Notes under the pieces: model-generated
What the model was told of the DNA's origin: nothing
Seen by the model: only the letters and a program-made list of their open reading frames with translations
Databases searched by the model: none
Part shown: positions 17,901-27,306 of the stretch, piece by piece
Numbering within the stretch: the first letter of the stretch is position 1
Layout: each line of letters starts with the position of its first letter
NCBI RefSeq assembly: GCF_000186885.1
Contig: NC_014972.1
Span: 3,750,001-3,782,000 of the forward strand
DNA length: 32,000 nt
DNA from: Desulfobulbus propionicus DSM 2032
GTDB lineage: Bacteria > Desulfobacterota > Desulfobulbia > Desulfobulbales > Desulfobulbaceae
Direction of reading: 5' to 3'
Translations under genes and position numbers: made by a program

Positions 17901-19790
17901 TTAGGACTGACCGACTTTTTGCTGGATGCGCACAATGACGAACTCGGCCGGTTTGAGCGGCGCGAAGCCCACCACGGCGATGACCTGGCCGCGATCGATG
18001 TCGTCCTGGGTCATGGTGTCGCCGAGGCCGCAGCGGACAAAGTAGGCGTCCGAGGCCTTCTGGCCCTGAAAGGCGCCGGCGCGGAACATACCGTCCATGA
18101 AGGCGCCGATGTTGGCCCGGAGCGAGGACCACAGCCGGTGGTCGTTGGGCTCGAACACCGCCCACTGGATGCCATTATAAATGCTGCTCTCGATATACAG
18201 GGCGGTGCGGCGCACCGGCACGTAGCGCCACTCGGGATTGGCCCGGGTGGACAGGGTGCGGGTGCCCCAGACCACATGGCCGTAGCCGGGCATTTTGCGG
18301 AGGCAGTTGACTCCCTCGGGATTGAGCTGATCCTGATCGCCGTCCTCGACCACGTACTCCAGGGCGGCCACGCCGCGCACCGAGGCCTCGACCCCGGCCG
18401 GGGCCTTCCATACGCCCCGGATGCCGTCAGTCCGCGCCCAGATGCCGGCAGCAAAGGACGAGGGTGCCACGCTGAGGGTGGTCGGGGCTGTGGGGTTGGT
18501 GTCACGGTTGTAGAAGGGATTGGACACCTTGATCCACGGATAGTAGAGCACGCTGTAGGTGGAGGTCGGCAGGCTGAGCGCGTTGACCGTGGCCCCCTGA
18601 TCGAGTTCGTGACCCGGAGGCGGATCGATGAGCAGCATGCGGCTGCCCATGCTTTCGCAATGGCTGAGCGCGGCGTTGACCACCGGATTGCCGGTGCCGT
18701 CCTTGGGCATGTACTGGCCGGGCAGAAGCACGATGTTGACGTCGCGGACCTTTTTCAGTTTGGCGAAGAAATCGGTGTAGTCATCGAGGCCGGGCTTGGC
18801 GCCATCGTCGCCGCCGGTCAGGGCCTGGAAGGTGGGGGTAGCCACCGTGCCCATGCTCGCCGGCACCACATCCTCGGTGCCGTGCTTCTCGGTGCCGCCC
18901 GCCGCCTTGCCGAGCTTGAGCGCGGTGGCCAGGGCGCCCGGCCGCACCATCACCGCCGAGGAGGCGGACTTTTTGCCCGAGGTCAGGGTCAGCACATTGG
19001 TGGCAAAGGCGCAGGTAAAGCCGACATAGTTGGGTCCCAGGGCCAGGACCTGTTGCTGGATCTCGGCCGCCACCTCGGTGCCGTCGTAGGTGCCGCCGGG
19101 AGCCGGGCCCAGGGTGATGGTCTTGGCGCCCAGATTGTCGATGTTGAGGGTCAGGGTCATACCCTCGACGATGCCGGCCCAGGCCAGGCCGGTCAGGTCG
19201 CCGGAAACGCTGGTCGCCTTCTTGTACAGGCTACTCAGACCGGCGGGCAGGGCGACGGTGATGTATTTCGAGTTGCCGCCCACCATGGCCAGCACGTAGG
19301 CCGGATCGGAATCGTCCATGGACAGGCCGGTGAATGCCTCCACCACCTCGCCGTCCTGGCGCACCAGCAGGTTGAAGTGGTAGCCGTCGGCATCGGCCAG
19401 GGCATTGACGCTGAGGCGGTCGCCCGCCTTGCCGCTGCTCTTGGCGCTGATCACCAAGACGTTGTCCGAGGCGGCTGCCCCCCGGCCGACCATGGTGTCC
19501 GCGGGCAGGGTGGAGGCTTTGGCGTCCTTGGCCAGCCGTCCGATGTAGGCATCCCGGCCACCGTTGAGGAAGAAGTAGAAGGCGGCAAGGCCCAGGTGAT
19601 CGGTGTCCGACTGGATTTCGCCGAAGCCGGCCTTGTACTCGTCCCAGCTGTGCACCAGGGTCGGTTCGCCGATGGGGCCCGCCGTGGCATAGCCGATCAG
19701 GGCGGCCACGCTGGTGGACACGCCTTCAATGGGTTTGGCGCCGCTGGGGATCTCTTCGATATAGACGCCGGGATGAAGATAGGTGGCCAT
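17901..19790 (-). CDS. contractile tail sheath protein
   Basis: 629 aa; starts MATYLHPGVYIEEIPSGAKPIEGVSTSVAALIGYATAGPIGEPTLVHSWDEYKAGFG; C-terminus NDHRLWSSLRANIGAFMDGMFRAGAFQGQKASDAYFVRCGLGDTMTQDDIDRGQVIAVVGFAPLKPAEFVIVRIQQKVGQS. Confidence 0.97.
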   Translation of the reverse strand: MATYLHPGVYIEEIPSGAKPIEGVSTSVAALIGYATAGPIGEPTLVHSWDEYKAGFGEIQSDTDHLGLAAFYFFLNGGRDAYIGRLAKDAKASTLPADTMVGRGAAASDNVLVISAKSSGKAGDRLSVNALADADGYHFNLLVRQDGEVVEAFTGLSMDDSDPAYVLAMVGGNSKYITVALPAGLSSLYKKATSVSGDLTGLAWAGIVEGMTLTLNIDNLGAKTITLGPAPGGTYDGTEVAAEIQQQVLALGPNYVGFTCAFATNVLTLTSGKKSASSAVMVRPGALATALKLGKAAGGTEKHGTEDVVPASMGTVATPTFQALTGGDDGAKPGLDDYTDFFAKLKKVRDVNIVLLPGQYMPKDGTGNPVVNAALSHCESMGSRMLLIDPPPGHELDQGATVNALSLPTSTYSVLYYPWIKVSNPFYNRDTNPTAPTTLSVAPSSFAAGIWARTDGIRGVWKAPAGVEASVRGVAALEYVVEDGDQDQLNPEGVNCLRKMPGYGHVVWGTRTLSTRANPEWRYVPVRRTALYIESSIYNGIQWAVFEPNDHRLWSSLRANIGAFMDGMFRAGAFQGQKASDAYFVRCGLGDTMTQDDIDRGQVIAVVGFAPLKPAEFVIVRIQQKVGQS

Positions 19791-20167
19791 AGGTCTGTCC
19801 TCTCGGTGAAAAAAATGTTTTTAGGCCCGCGGGCTGCCAGGAGACCGCCCTTTGCTTTCCGCCCGCCACGGCCCGCACATCAACCCCTGATGGAACACTG
19901 ACGATCACATTCCGTGCACCCACCCACGGAGCAACTCGGCGGTTCCCCGAGGGAGTGGCATCAATAATTACTTGAATCCATTCAAAGAACCAGATTTTTA
20001 AATAGTTAAAAAACGAATAGGAAATAGATAGAAAATCTATTCACAAAAACGAACAGCATGGAGAGAGGGCTAGTAAGCCGCTGAATTACTGTCGGTCCAG
20101 CGGAGCGGTCGGAACAGGGAAAGCGAAGAGTACCAACATCCCACAAGGGGGAGGGGCGGCGGCCGTT

Positions 20168-20836
20168 TTACCGCAGCGAGAGGAGGCGGGCGAGCAGTTC
20201 GCTGTCGCCCAGATCATTGTTTTCGATGAGCGTTGCCTGGAGATAGGTGGTCCCGAGCCAAAGTAAAAACCGCTCGATCCGTTCCGAACGGAGCGGATCG
20301 ATCCCCATGTAGCGATCGAAATAATCCAGGGTGCCGCGACGACGGCGGCCTGCCAAGCGCGCGGCCCTGGTGGCATGGTCAATGTCGAGGACCACGGTGC
20401 GGGCGCCGGTGGCTGGAACAATCCTGCGGAGCGACCGGTCAACCAGGAGCGGCAGTCGGATATCCTCGACCCGCTCGAAGCGATGGCCAAGGGCAAAGGC
20501 CAGCAGGCGAAGGGCAGTGTGGCTGACGACCATGACCGTTCCGCTCGCGGGTGGCTGGAAACGGCGAATATCCCACCAGATAAGCAGGGCGCAAACATAC
20601 GGCAGTACCGGGAGATGCAGAGGCAGGATGGCCAGGAAGAGCCGTTCCATCCCAAGCCGCAGGCGGCTTTTGTGCTCCGAGCTGCGCCGGCGGTCGGGCC
20701 GGGCGCTGAAGGCCCCCCGGCGCCGCTCCAGCCGGATGCCATCCTTATGGGCGGCATCGGCCAGCACATTGGCGCAGTGATCCTTGCCGGCCAGGTCGGT
20801 TCCCACAATCAGCAGGGTGGGCGGTAACGAATTCAA
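20168..20836 (-). CDS. P-loop nucleotide/thymidylate-kinase-like protein
   Basis: Frame of ORF 20168..20995; probable TTG start near 20836 preceded by GAAGGA; LPPTLLIVGTDLAGKDHCANVLADAA P-loop-like start, later YFDRYMGIDPLRSERIERFLL. Start choice uncertain. Confidence 0.55.
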   Translation of the reverse strand: MNSLPPTLLIVGTDLAGKDHCANVLADAAHKDGIRLERRRGAFSARPDRRRSSEHKSRLRLGMERLFLAILPLHLPVLPYVCALLIWWDIRRFQPPASGTVMVVSHTALRLLAFALGHRFERVEDIRLPLLVDRSLRRIVPATGARTVVLDIDHATRAARLAGRRRRGTLDYFDRYMGIDPLRSERIERFLLWLGTTYLQATLIENNDLGDSELLARLLSLR

Positions 20837-20871
20837 GGTGTTATCCTTCGAAACATAAAAAAACCGACGGT

Positions 20872-21351
20872 TCAGGGGCCGCAGCAGCGCTTGAACTTCT
20901 TGCCGCTGCCACAGGGACAGGGGCTGTTGCGGCCCACCTTGTCGGCGCGGCGGTCGGGCCCATCCTCGACCAGTTGGCCCGCCACATAGAACCACTGTCC
21001 CTCTTCACATACAAATCGGCTGATTTCATGAAGATGGATCAAGCCATCACCGGTACGGGCGGTGGCGCGGAATTCAACCACCCCTTCGCCATCTTTCTCT
21101 CCCCCCCTGTCGGTGCGCAGGATCACCAGGTCGCACCAGGCGGGAATGGTGGTTGAATCAATGGTCGACGGGCGGGTGGAAGGGTGCCAGGTGGCCAGCA
21201 GGTAGCCGACCGCGGCTCGAACATAGGCGGTGTAGCGCGAGCGCATCAAGGCCAGGGCGGTATTCGCCCTGCTTCGCCCGGAAAGAAGAGGCTCGCAGCA
21301 GTCGGCATAGACGACACCGGAACCGCAAGGACAAGAGGTGAAAGGATGCAT
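20872..21351 (-). CDS. YchJ-family SEC-C motif protein
   Basis: [25 protein letters not shown]...[28 protein letters not shown]...[20 protein letters not shown]; SEC-C motifs at both ends; ATG at 21351 preferred over TTG at 21381. Confidence 0.9.
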   Translation of the reverse strand: MHPFTSCPCGSGVVYADCCEPLLSGRSRANTALALMRSRYTAYVRAAVGYLLATWHPSTRPSTIDSTTIPAWCDLVILRTDRGGEKDGEGVVEFRATARTGDGLIHLHEISRFVCEEGQWFYVAGQLVEDGPDRRADKVGRNSPCPCGSGKKFKRCCGP

Positions 21352-21573
21352 GGTTTTCGAATCAGGCAAGGTAGGGGGCAAAGGTTCTCTCTATTTCTAC
21401 CGGATCCTCGGGGAGTGCGCACCTTCCCAGGGCTCAAAAAATGCATTTTCTTGAAATCTAACCCATGAGGAGAGTTTGCGCACAAAATCTCTCCGGAAGA
21501 CAAGCGCGTCTTGAATAGTGTCTCCGATCAGTTGCGGTGGCTCTCAACTGGTGCCCCGATGTTTATACAAAAA

Positions 21574-21602
21574 ATCCCCTTGGCGTTGGCAGCCAAGGGG
21601 AT
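21574..21602 (-). terminator. rho-independent terminator downstream of ilvC
   Basis: Minus-strand ATCCCCTTGGC-TGCCAAC-GCCAAGGGGAT (perfect 11-bp stem) followed by a T run; 39 bp after the ilvC stop. Confidence 0.9.
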
Positions 21603-21641
21603 AAGGATCGGCCTGCAAACCGATATGTTGGGAGGTATCGA

Positions 21642-23117
21642 TCAGATGATCGGTTTCATGGCGCTCATGTGGGAACGCAGTTCCTCGCCCACCTGCTCGA
21701 CCACGGTGTAGCGGATGGCGGCGTTGATGCCGATCAGCTCGATGTTGTCCACCGAGTTGTCCTTGACTGCGAGTCCCTTGCCGATTACGTCGGTATCGAC
21801 GTTCTTCATGAAATCGGCCAGCAACGGCACCGCCTGGTGGGCGAACAGGTAGCAGCCGTATTCGGCGGTATCGGAGATGACCACATTCATCTCGTAGAGC
21901 TTCTTGCGGGCGATGGTATTGGCGATCAACGGCACCTCGTGCAGACTTTCGTAGTAGGCGGACTCCTCCTTGATGCCGGCGGAAACCATGGTGTCGAAGG
22001 CCAGTTCCACGCCCGCCTTGACCATGGCGATCATCAGGATGCCGTGGTCGAAATACTCCTGCTCGCTGATCTCGGCATCGGTGGACACCGCTTTCTCAAA
22101 GGCGGTCTCGGCGGTCTGGGCGCGCCAGGTGAGCAGCTTCTTGTCGTCGTTTGCCCAGTCCTCCATCATGGTACGGGAGAACTCGCCGCTCATGATGTCG
22201 TCCATGTGCTTCTCGAACAGCGGCGTGAGGATCTCCTTGATTTCCTCGGAGAGATAGTACGCGCGAATCTTGGCCGGATTGGACAGCCGATCCATCATGT
22301 TGGTGATGCCGCCGTGTTTGAGCGCCTCGGTGACGGTTTCCCATCCGTACTGGATCAGCTTAGAGGCGTAGCCGGCATCAATGCCGCCTGCGACCATCTT
22401 GTCGAAGCAGAGCAGGCTTCCGGCCTGAAGCATGCCGCAGAGGATGGTCTGCTCGCCCATGAGGTCGGATTTGACCTCGGCGACAAAGGACGACTGCAGC
22501 ACTCCGGCCCGGTGGGCGCCGGTGCCGCAGGCATAGGCCTTGGCAATGTCCCAGCCCTCGCCCTTGGGATCGTTCTCGCGATGGACGGCGATCAGGGTGG
22601 GCACGCCAAACCCGCGCTTGTACTCTTCGCGCACCTCGGTTCCGGGCGATTTGGGGGCGACCATGATCACGGTCAGGTCCTTGCGGATCTGCATGCCCTC
22701 CTCAACGATGTTGAAGCCGTGGGAGTATGAGAGACAGGCACCCTCCTTCATCAGCGGCATGACCGCGGCCACCACCTTGGAGTGCTGCTTGTCCGGGGTG
22801 AGGTTGATCACCAGATCGGCGGTGGGAATGAGCTGCTGGTAATTGCCGACGGTAAAACCATTGCTGGTGGCGTTCTTCCAGCTCTGCCGTTTCTCGCTGA
22901 TGGCCGAGTCACGCAGGGCATAGCTGACGTCCAGGCCGGAGTCGCGCAGGTTGAGGCCCTGGTGCAAGCCCTGGGCGCCACAGCCGACGATGACGATCTT
23001 TTTTCCTTTGAGCTTGTCAACACCATCGGCGAATTCCGAGGCGTCCATGAAGCGGCATTTGCCCAGTTCTTCCAACTGCAGGCGCAGCGGCAGGGTATTG
23101 AAATAGTTCTGTCCCAT
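21642..23117 (-). CDS. ilvC: ketol-acid reductoisomerase, class II (long form)
   Basis: [69 protein letters not shown]..., ~491 aa; AGAGG SD before ATG at 23117; the track start at 23318 (TTG) is too far upstream. Confidence 0.97.
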   Translation of the reverse strand: MGQNYFNTLPLRLQLEELGKCRFMDASEFADGVDKLKGKKIVIVGCGAQGLHQGLNLRDSGLDVSYALRDSAISEKRQSWKNATSNGFTVGNYQQLIPTADLVINLTPDKQHSKVVAAVMPLMKEGACLSYSHGFNIVEEGMQIRKDLTVIMVAPKSPGTEVREEYKRGFGVPTLIAVHRENDPKGEGWDIAKAYACGTGAHRAGVLQSSFVAEVKSDLMGEQTILCGMLQAGSLLCFDKMVAGGIDAGYASKLIQYGWETVTEALKHGGITNMMDRLSNPAKIRAYYLSEEIKEILTPLFEKHMDDIMSGEFSRTMMEDWANDDKKLLTWRAQTAETAFEKAVSTDAEISEQEYFDHGILMIAMVKAGVELAFDTMVSAGIKEESAYYESLHEVPLIANTIARKKLYEMNVVISDTAEYGCYLFAHQAVPLLADFMKNVDTDVIGKGLAVKDNSVDNIELIGINAAIRYTVVEQVGEELRSHMSAMKPII

Positions 23118-23293
23118 GTTGTGTTCCTCTTTTGTGTGTGAAATGAAGAGTCGGTCGATGTTCCGCCCATCGCGCTCAGGGAGGCACGCTTCCTTCCTGC
23201 TCGTCGTTGCGGATGGAGGGGTTTCGGCCGTTTTTCCGGCAGACGATGGACTTTGTCCTGTTTTTATCCAGCCACAGCATACCCGATATTTTT

Positions 23294-23340
23294 GTTGCGA
23301 AAAGTGATTTATTTGCAACCGGAACTTGCATAAAATGCAA
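23294..23340. promoter_or_regulatory. putative IlvY operator region (two inverted repeats)
   Basis: GTTGC-N16-GCAAC (23294..23319) and perfect TTGCAT-AAA-ATGCAA (23326..23340, contains a T-N11-A LysR box) in the divergent intergenic region. Confidence 0.55.
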
Positions 23341-23404
23341 TATCGGCCCAGCCTGGACGCTGCACCGCCTCATACCATAGATCTCCGCTCTTTTCCGCTA
23401 GTTT

Positions 23405-24343
23405 ATGGATATCCACGCCATCAAAATCTTTAACCATCTCGCCCGGACACTCCACTTTGGCCGTACCAGCCGGGCCTGCAACCTCACCCCCTCGGCGCTG
23501 ACCCGCACCATCCAGCGCATCGAACAGGAATTGGGCACTCAGCTGTTTCTGCGGGACAACCGGCGGGTCGCCCTGACCCCGGCGGGCGAAATCGTCAGGC
23601 GCTATGCCGAGGAGGCGGAGCAACGGTGGCAGCGGTTGCTGCAGGAATTGGCCGGCGACCAGACGCTGCGCGGCGAGATCTCCCTCTACTGCTCGGTCAC
23701 CGCCGCCACGTCGATCCTGCCCCGTATTCTCCGGGCCTTTCGTGCCGCGCATCCCGGGGTGCAGATCAAGCTGCAGACCGGTGATGCCGCTGAATCCCTG
23801 GACAGGCTGCGCAGCCGCGAGGCCCAGGTGACCATCGCCGCCTTGCCCGGACAGTTGCCGCCCTCGGTGGTGTTCATCGAGCTGGCGCGGACCCCCCTGG
23901 TGTTTATCGAACCAGTGGACGGCGCGACCCGCCGGACCGACAGCGGCGGCACCGACTGGTCCCAGACGCCGGTCATCCTGGCCGAGCAGGGTTTAAGCAG
24001 GGTGCGCATCGATCGCTGGTTCAAGGAAAAGGGCATTCAGCCCAACATTTATGCCGAGGTGGCGGGCAACGAGGCCTTGCTGGCCATGGTCAGTCTGGGA
24101 TGCGGGGTGGGAGTGGTTCCCGGATTGGTACTGGAAAAGAGCCCCTTACAGGAACAGGTGCGTATTTTCGAGGTCGTGCCGGTCCTGGCCCCGTTTATCA
24201 TCGGCGCCTGCACCCTGGAACAGCAGCTGGCCAACCCGGTCATTCGGGCCTTCTGGACCACGGTCCACCAGGAGAACAAGGAAGGAGGCGGAGTGGAAAA
24301 TCGCCCGATACCGGCCCATGGGCCGGTATCGGGCGATAGCTAG
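23405..24343 (+). CDS. ilvY: LysR-family transcriptional activator, IlvY-like
   Basis: 312 aa; HTH MDIHAIKIFNHLARTLHFGRTSRACNLTPSALTRTIQRIEQELGTQLFLRDNRRVALTPAG; divergent from ilvC. Confidence 0.85.
   Translation: MDIHAIKIFNHLARTLHFGRTSRACNLTPSALTRTIQRIEQELGTQLFLRDNRRVALTPAGEIVRRYAEEAEQRWQRLLQELAGDQTLRGEISLYCSVTAATSILPRILRAFRAAHPGVQIKLQTGDAAESLDRLRSREAQVTIAALPGQLPPSVVFIELARTPLVFIEPVDGATRRTDSGGTDWSQTPVILAEQGLSRVRIDRWFKEKGIQPNIYAEVAGNEALLAMVSLGCGVGVVPGLVLEKSPLQEQVRIFEVVPVLAPFIIGACTLEQQLANPVIRAFWTTVHQENKEGGGVENRPIPAHGPVSGDS
24300..24337 (-). terminator. 38-bp perfect palindrome, likely terminator of the usp gene (possibly bidirectional)
   Basis: ATCGCCCGATACCGGCCCATGGGCCGGTATCGGGCGAT immediately downstream of the minus-strand usp stop (24347), followed on the minus strand by TTTTCC; lies inside the ilvY-like ORF. 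Confidence 0.6.
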
Positions 24344-24346
24344 CGG

Positions 24347-24844
24347 CTACTTCTGGGTATTGGGCACCAGCAGTACCGGGATATGACTGAAGCGGGAAAC
24401 ACGGCGGGCGGTGGTCCCCATGAGGGCACTGCCGAGAAAGGAGCGGGTCGAGGTCCCCATGACGATCATGTCGGCCTGATGCTTCTTGGCCACTTCCAGA
24501 ATCTCCTCGCTGGGATTGCCGCTGGCCACCAGGATCTCGGTCACCGGCGTCCGGTCGAGACCAAAGGAGGCCAGCTCTTCCTGGCAGTAGGTGTCGAGCC
24601 GCTGCTTCATGACGGCAAGCACTTCCCTGGCCCCGTCCCGATTGATCTTTTCCGCTGTCTCTCCGGACAGATAGTTGGCGATGATCGCGGTGCCGGTGGT
24701 GCCGAGCGGTTCGACCACATGCAGCATCAGCAAGCGGGCATCGTAACGGCGGGCCTGACTGACCGCCAGGCGAAAGACGGGACGGGTATTTTCCCCCAGA
24801 TCCGTGGCGTAGAGAATGGTTTTGATATTCGGGGCTGGAACCAT
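24347..24844 (-). CDS. universal stress protein (UspA family)
   Basis: 165 aa; IKTILYATDLGENTRPVFRLAV...ADMIVMGTSTRSFLGSALMGTTARRVSRFSHIPVLLVP (G-x2-G-x9-G-S/T type motif). Confidence 0.93.
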   Translation of the reverse strand: MVPAPNIKTILYATDLGENTRPVFRLAVSQARRYDARLLMLHVVEPLGTTGTAIIANYLSGETAEKINRDGAREVLAVMKQRLDTYCQEELASFGLDRTPVTEILVASGNPSEEILEVAKKHQADMIVMGTSTRSFLGSALMGTTARRVSRFSHIPVLLVPNTQK

Positions 24845-25115
24845 CTGTTCCTCCTGTGCGGTGGCCGGCTCTCCCCGTCGGTCTCCCTCGGCCGACGGTT
24901 GATCCGGTTGTTTGATCGGTGTGAGGCGATTTGGGTACGCACCTGCGGTGCCTGCGGCGCAACCAAGCGAGGTTGTCAGACAACTTGCAGATATTACAAA
25001 ACAATCATTACAAGAACCACATCCAGTCTGTCAAACGGTTTTTTGCTGTCAACGCGATCCATGCTGCCCCGTTGTGGCACCATGGATGGGCCTTTTCGCG
25101 CAAAAGCGGCCACGC

Positions 25116-27056
25116 TCAGCCGACGAGTTTTTTGCTGCCGCCGCTCACCCCATCGAGTACTTCCAAGAGCCGCCGTTTGGCCTTGTGGGTTCGCCGCAAT
25201 TCAGCCAGCAGGGCCCGCCATTCGTCCATCCGGTTGCCGGCTTCGTAGACTTTGCGCATGAGCCGGAGAAAACCACCGGCCTCGACATAGGCCCGGGGTT
25301 TGACCTCGGCGATCAACCGGTCGACATTTTCCCGCCAAATGGCAAGCGCCACCTCGGGATGGGTCCTGAACACGGCCTTGGCCACTTTTTCGCCCACGAA
25401 CCAATGGGTGCGACTGCCTTTCTTCATGGCCTGATACAACCGCATCACGTCATCGTACCGTTTTTCAGCGATGGCGATATCGATCAGCGTTTGCCTGTCC
25501 GGGAACGGTCTGCCCCCCTCCTTGCCCGCTGGATAGGCAACTTCTGGATCGGGCAGCGGCCAGGGAGGCAGGTTGTCCAGTTTTTCCCCCCGATCAGGAC
25601 GCTGGCCGGTCTGGAGATAGGCAAGGGCCAGCTCGCGCAGCTTCGGCCAAACACCAATTTTTTCCGCGGCCTTGCGCAACTCGCGGTAGGTTTCCAGCGA
25701 GGCATGCCCAAAGAAATCCTGCGCCCGGTACGCGGCCACTAGGCTGTCCTGCCGATCAGCTGCAGCCATTTCCCTGAGTCGTTTTTGCAGGCATGCGGCA
25801 ATGCCAGGGGCTTCGGTGACCGTCCGGTCAAACCCCCGGACGCACCATTGCCGTGCCTGTTCCCGTTTTCCCGCCAGTACGAGCCGATCCACCAGCTGCT
25901 CGTAATTGCGGCTGACATCGGCCTCCTGTTCCAACAGCTGCAGAACCTTTTCCGCTTGACCGCCTCGCTCGTAGGCCTTGATCAGCCAGCCGATCAGCCG
26001 GTTGCGTCGGTAGGTGTCGGCAAAATGGACGGTCTTGGGCCTGTCGAGCCCTTGCAGCCGCTCCTCGAGGACTGCCGCCGCCGCCTGCCAATCGGTTACC
26101 GTATACGCGGGATCGGCTAAGATCTCTTCCCCGGAGTCGAGCAAGGAAAACTCGTCAGCCAGCATCCGCTCGATCACCCACAGCAGCTGATCGGCTCGCT
26201 TCAATGACGACTTCGGTACCGCCTGCAGCACAATCTCCAGACAGGCGCTCAAGGCGCCCATGGTTTCGCCCTCGTCATCGGACTGCGCGATCTGCTCCGT
26301 ACCCAGCCGCCACAGGGTATTGCCCAGGTCGAGCAGTTCGTCGGCATGGCCCGCATCGAAAAGCGCTCGGAACTGCTGCCGAACATGGCTGTAATCGGGG
26401 AGGCTGGCTTCGTCGCTCCACTGGTTGCGCCAGGCGGGTTCATCGGTCAGGCGGCGGATCTCCTTGTGCAGAGATCGGACCAGCGGCCCGATCTGGCCTC
26501 GACTCAACTGATCCGCCTCCAGTAATCGCCTCTCGACCGCCGGAAACTCCCTGGCTAAGGTGACAAGCAGGTCGTGCAGTTCCTCCCAGCTCTTGCCCAC
26601 CAGGATCTTGCGCACCTTCGACGGACCGGCGCGTTTGACCGTGCCCCCTGGATCCGCACGATCAGCTGCATCCTCGTTTGGCTCTTTTTTCAATTTTCGA
26701 TCCTGATCGCCCATGAGGATGTGGCCGAGCTCGCTGTCCTCGTCAAGCATCGGAAGTTCTCCCGTGTCATGCACGGAACGCGCCGCCGCCAGGATCACCG
26801 CCGCCGCGTGCTTGCACGGTCCCTGATCATAGGGACAGGTGCACAACCATCCGTGCATGCCGGATGGGTCGAGGTGGACCAGGGTGGCGTACTTCTCGGT
26901 CCCCTGGACCCACGCCACCAGCTCGTTGTTTGCGGTTCGATGCAGTTCCTCCACCCGTTGGACATAACCTTTTCCCCGGGTACGGATTGCTTCTCCTGCC
27001 CATTGGTCAAGGTCGTCATAGGTAAGCTGACCGAGGATGGCGTTGAGGGTGTCCAT
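25116..27056 (-). CDS. SWIM zinc finger domain protein
   Basis: 646 aa; HGWLCTCPYDQGPCKHAAAVILA is a CxCx(n)CxH SWIM motif; AAGGAG SD. Confidence 0.88.
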   Translation of the reverse strand: MDTLNAILGQLTYDDLDQWAGEAIRTRGKGYVQRVEELHRTANNELVAWVQGTEKYATLVHLDPSGMHGWLCTCPYDQGPCKHAAAVILAAARSVHDTGELPMLDEDSELGHILMGDQDRKLKKEPNEDAADRADPGGTVKRAGPSKVRKILVGKSWEELHDLLVTLAREFPAVERRLLEADQLSRGQIGPLVRSLHKEIRRLTDEPAWRNQWSDEASLPDYSHVRQQFRALFDAGHADELLDLGNTLWRLGTEQIAQSDDEGETMGALSACLEIVLQAVPKSSLKRADQLLWVIERMLADEFSLLDSGEEILADPAYTVTDWQAAAAVLEERLQGLDRPKTVHFADTYRRNRLIGWLIKAYERGGQAEKVLQLLEQEADVSRNYEQLVDRLVLAGKREQARQWCVRGFDRTVTEAPGIAACLQKRLREMAAADRQDSLVAAYRAQDFFGHASLETYRELRKAAEKIGVWPKLRELALAYLQTGQRPDRGEKLDNLPPWPLPDPEVAYPAGKEGGRPFPDRQTLIDIAIAEKRYDDVMRLYQAMKKGSRTHWFVGEKVAKAVFRTHPEVALAIWRENVDRLIAEVKPRAYVEAGGFLRLMRKVYEAGNRMDEWRALLAELRRTHKAKRRLLEVLDGVSGGSKKLVG

Positions 27057-27306
27057 GGTCGTCTCCTTGTGAGAGGTGCAGCGATGACCGGCGGCTTTGT
27101 GCGCGTGCCAGGCCCATCTGCCGCCGGATCTCCTTCCCAGTCATGGGAAGGGAGATGGTTGTATCCAACCGGACTTGTATCGGAAAAACAACCGGAAATT
27201 TTCAACCGCCCCAAAAGGGACCACCCACCCCTTGTTGCTCACGACGCGTCTTGTCAGCCGGTTCAACCGGACGCCGTTGTTCTCGGGTCGCCTGGGCGTG
27301 GTGTGC

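Noticed and set aside
1-19790. Interpretation as an integrated tailed prophage or as a T6SS
   Set aside because: No capsid, portal, terminase, lysis or integrase genes and no TssJ/L/M or separate TssB/TssC genes; presence of Pvc16-like, AAA+ ATPase and DUF4157 favours eCIS.
16434-19901. Plus-strand 1155-aa ORF opposite the sheath, tube and chaperone genes
   Set aside because: Antisense shadow of high-GC coding sequence; low-information Gly/His/Arg-rich translation with no domain, whereas the minus strand encodes clear tail proteins.
20086-20808. Minus-strand 240-aa ORF in another frame over the P-loop gene
   Set aside because: Trp/Ser/Arg-rich translation without motifs; the 20168 frame has the P-loop-like motif and plausible SD.
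21537-22730. Plus-strand 397-aa ORF opposite ilvC
   Set aside because: Antisense to a clear ketol-acid reductoisomerase.
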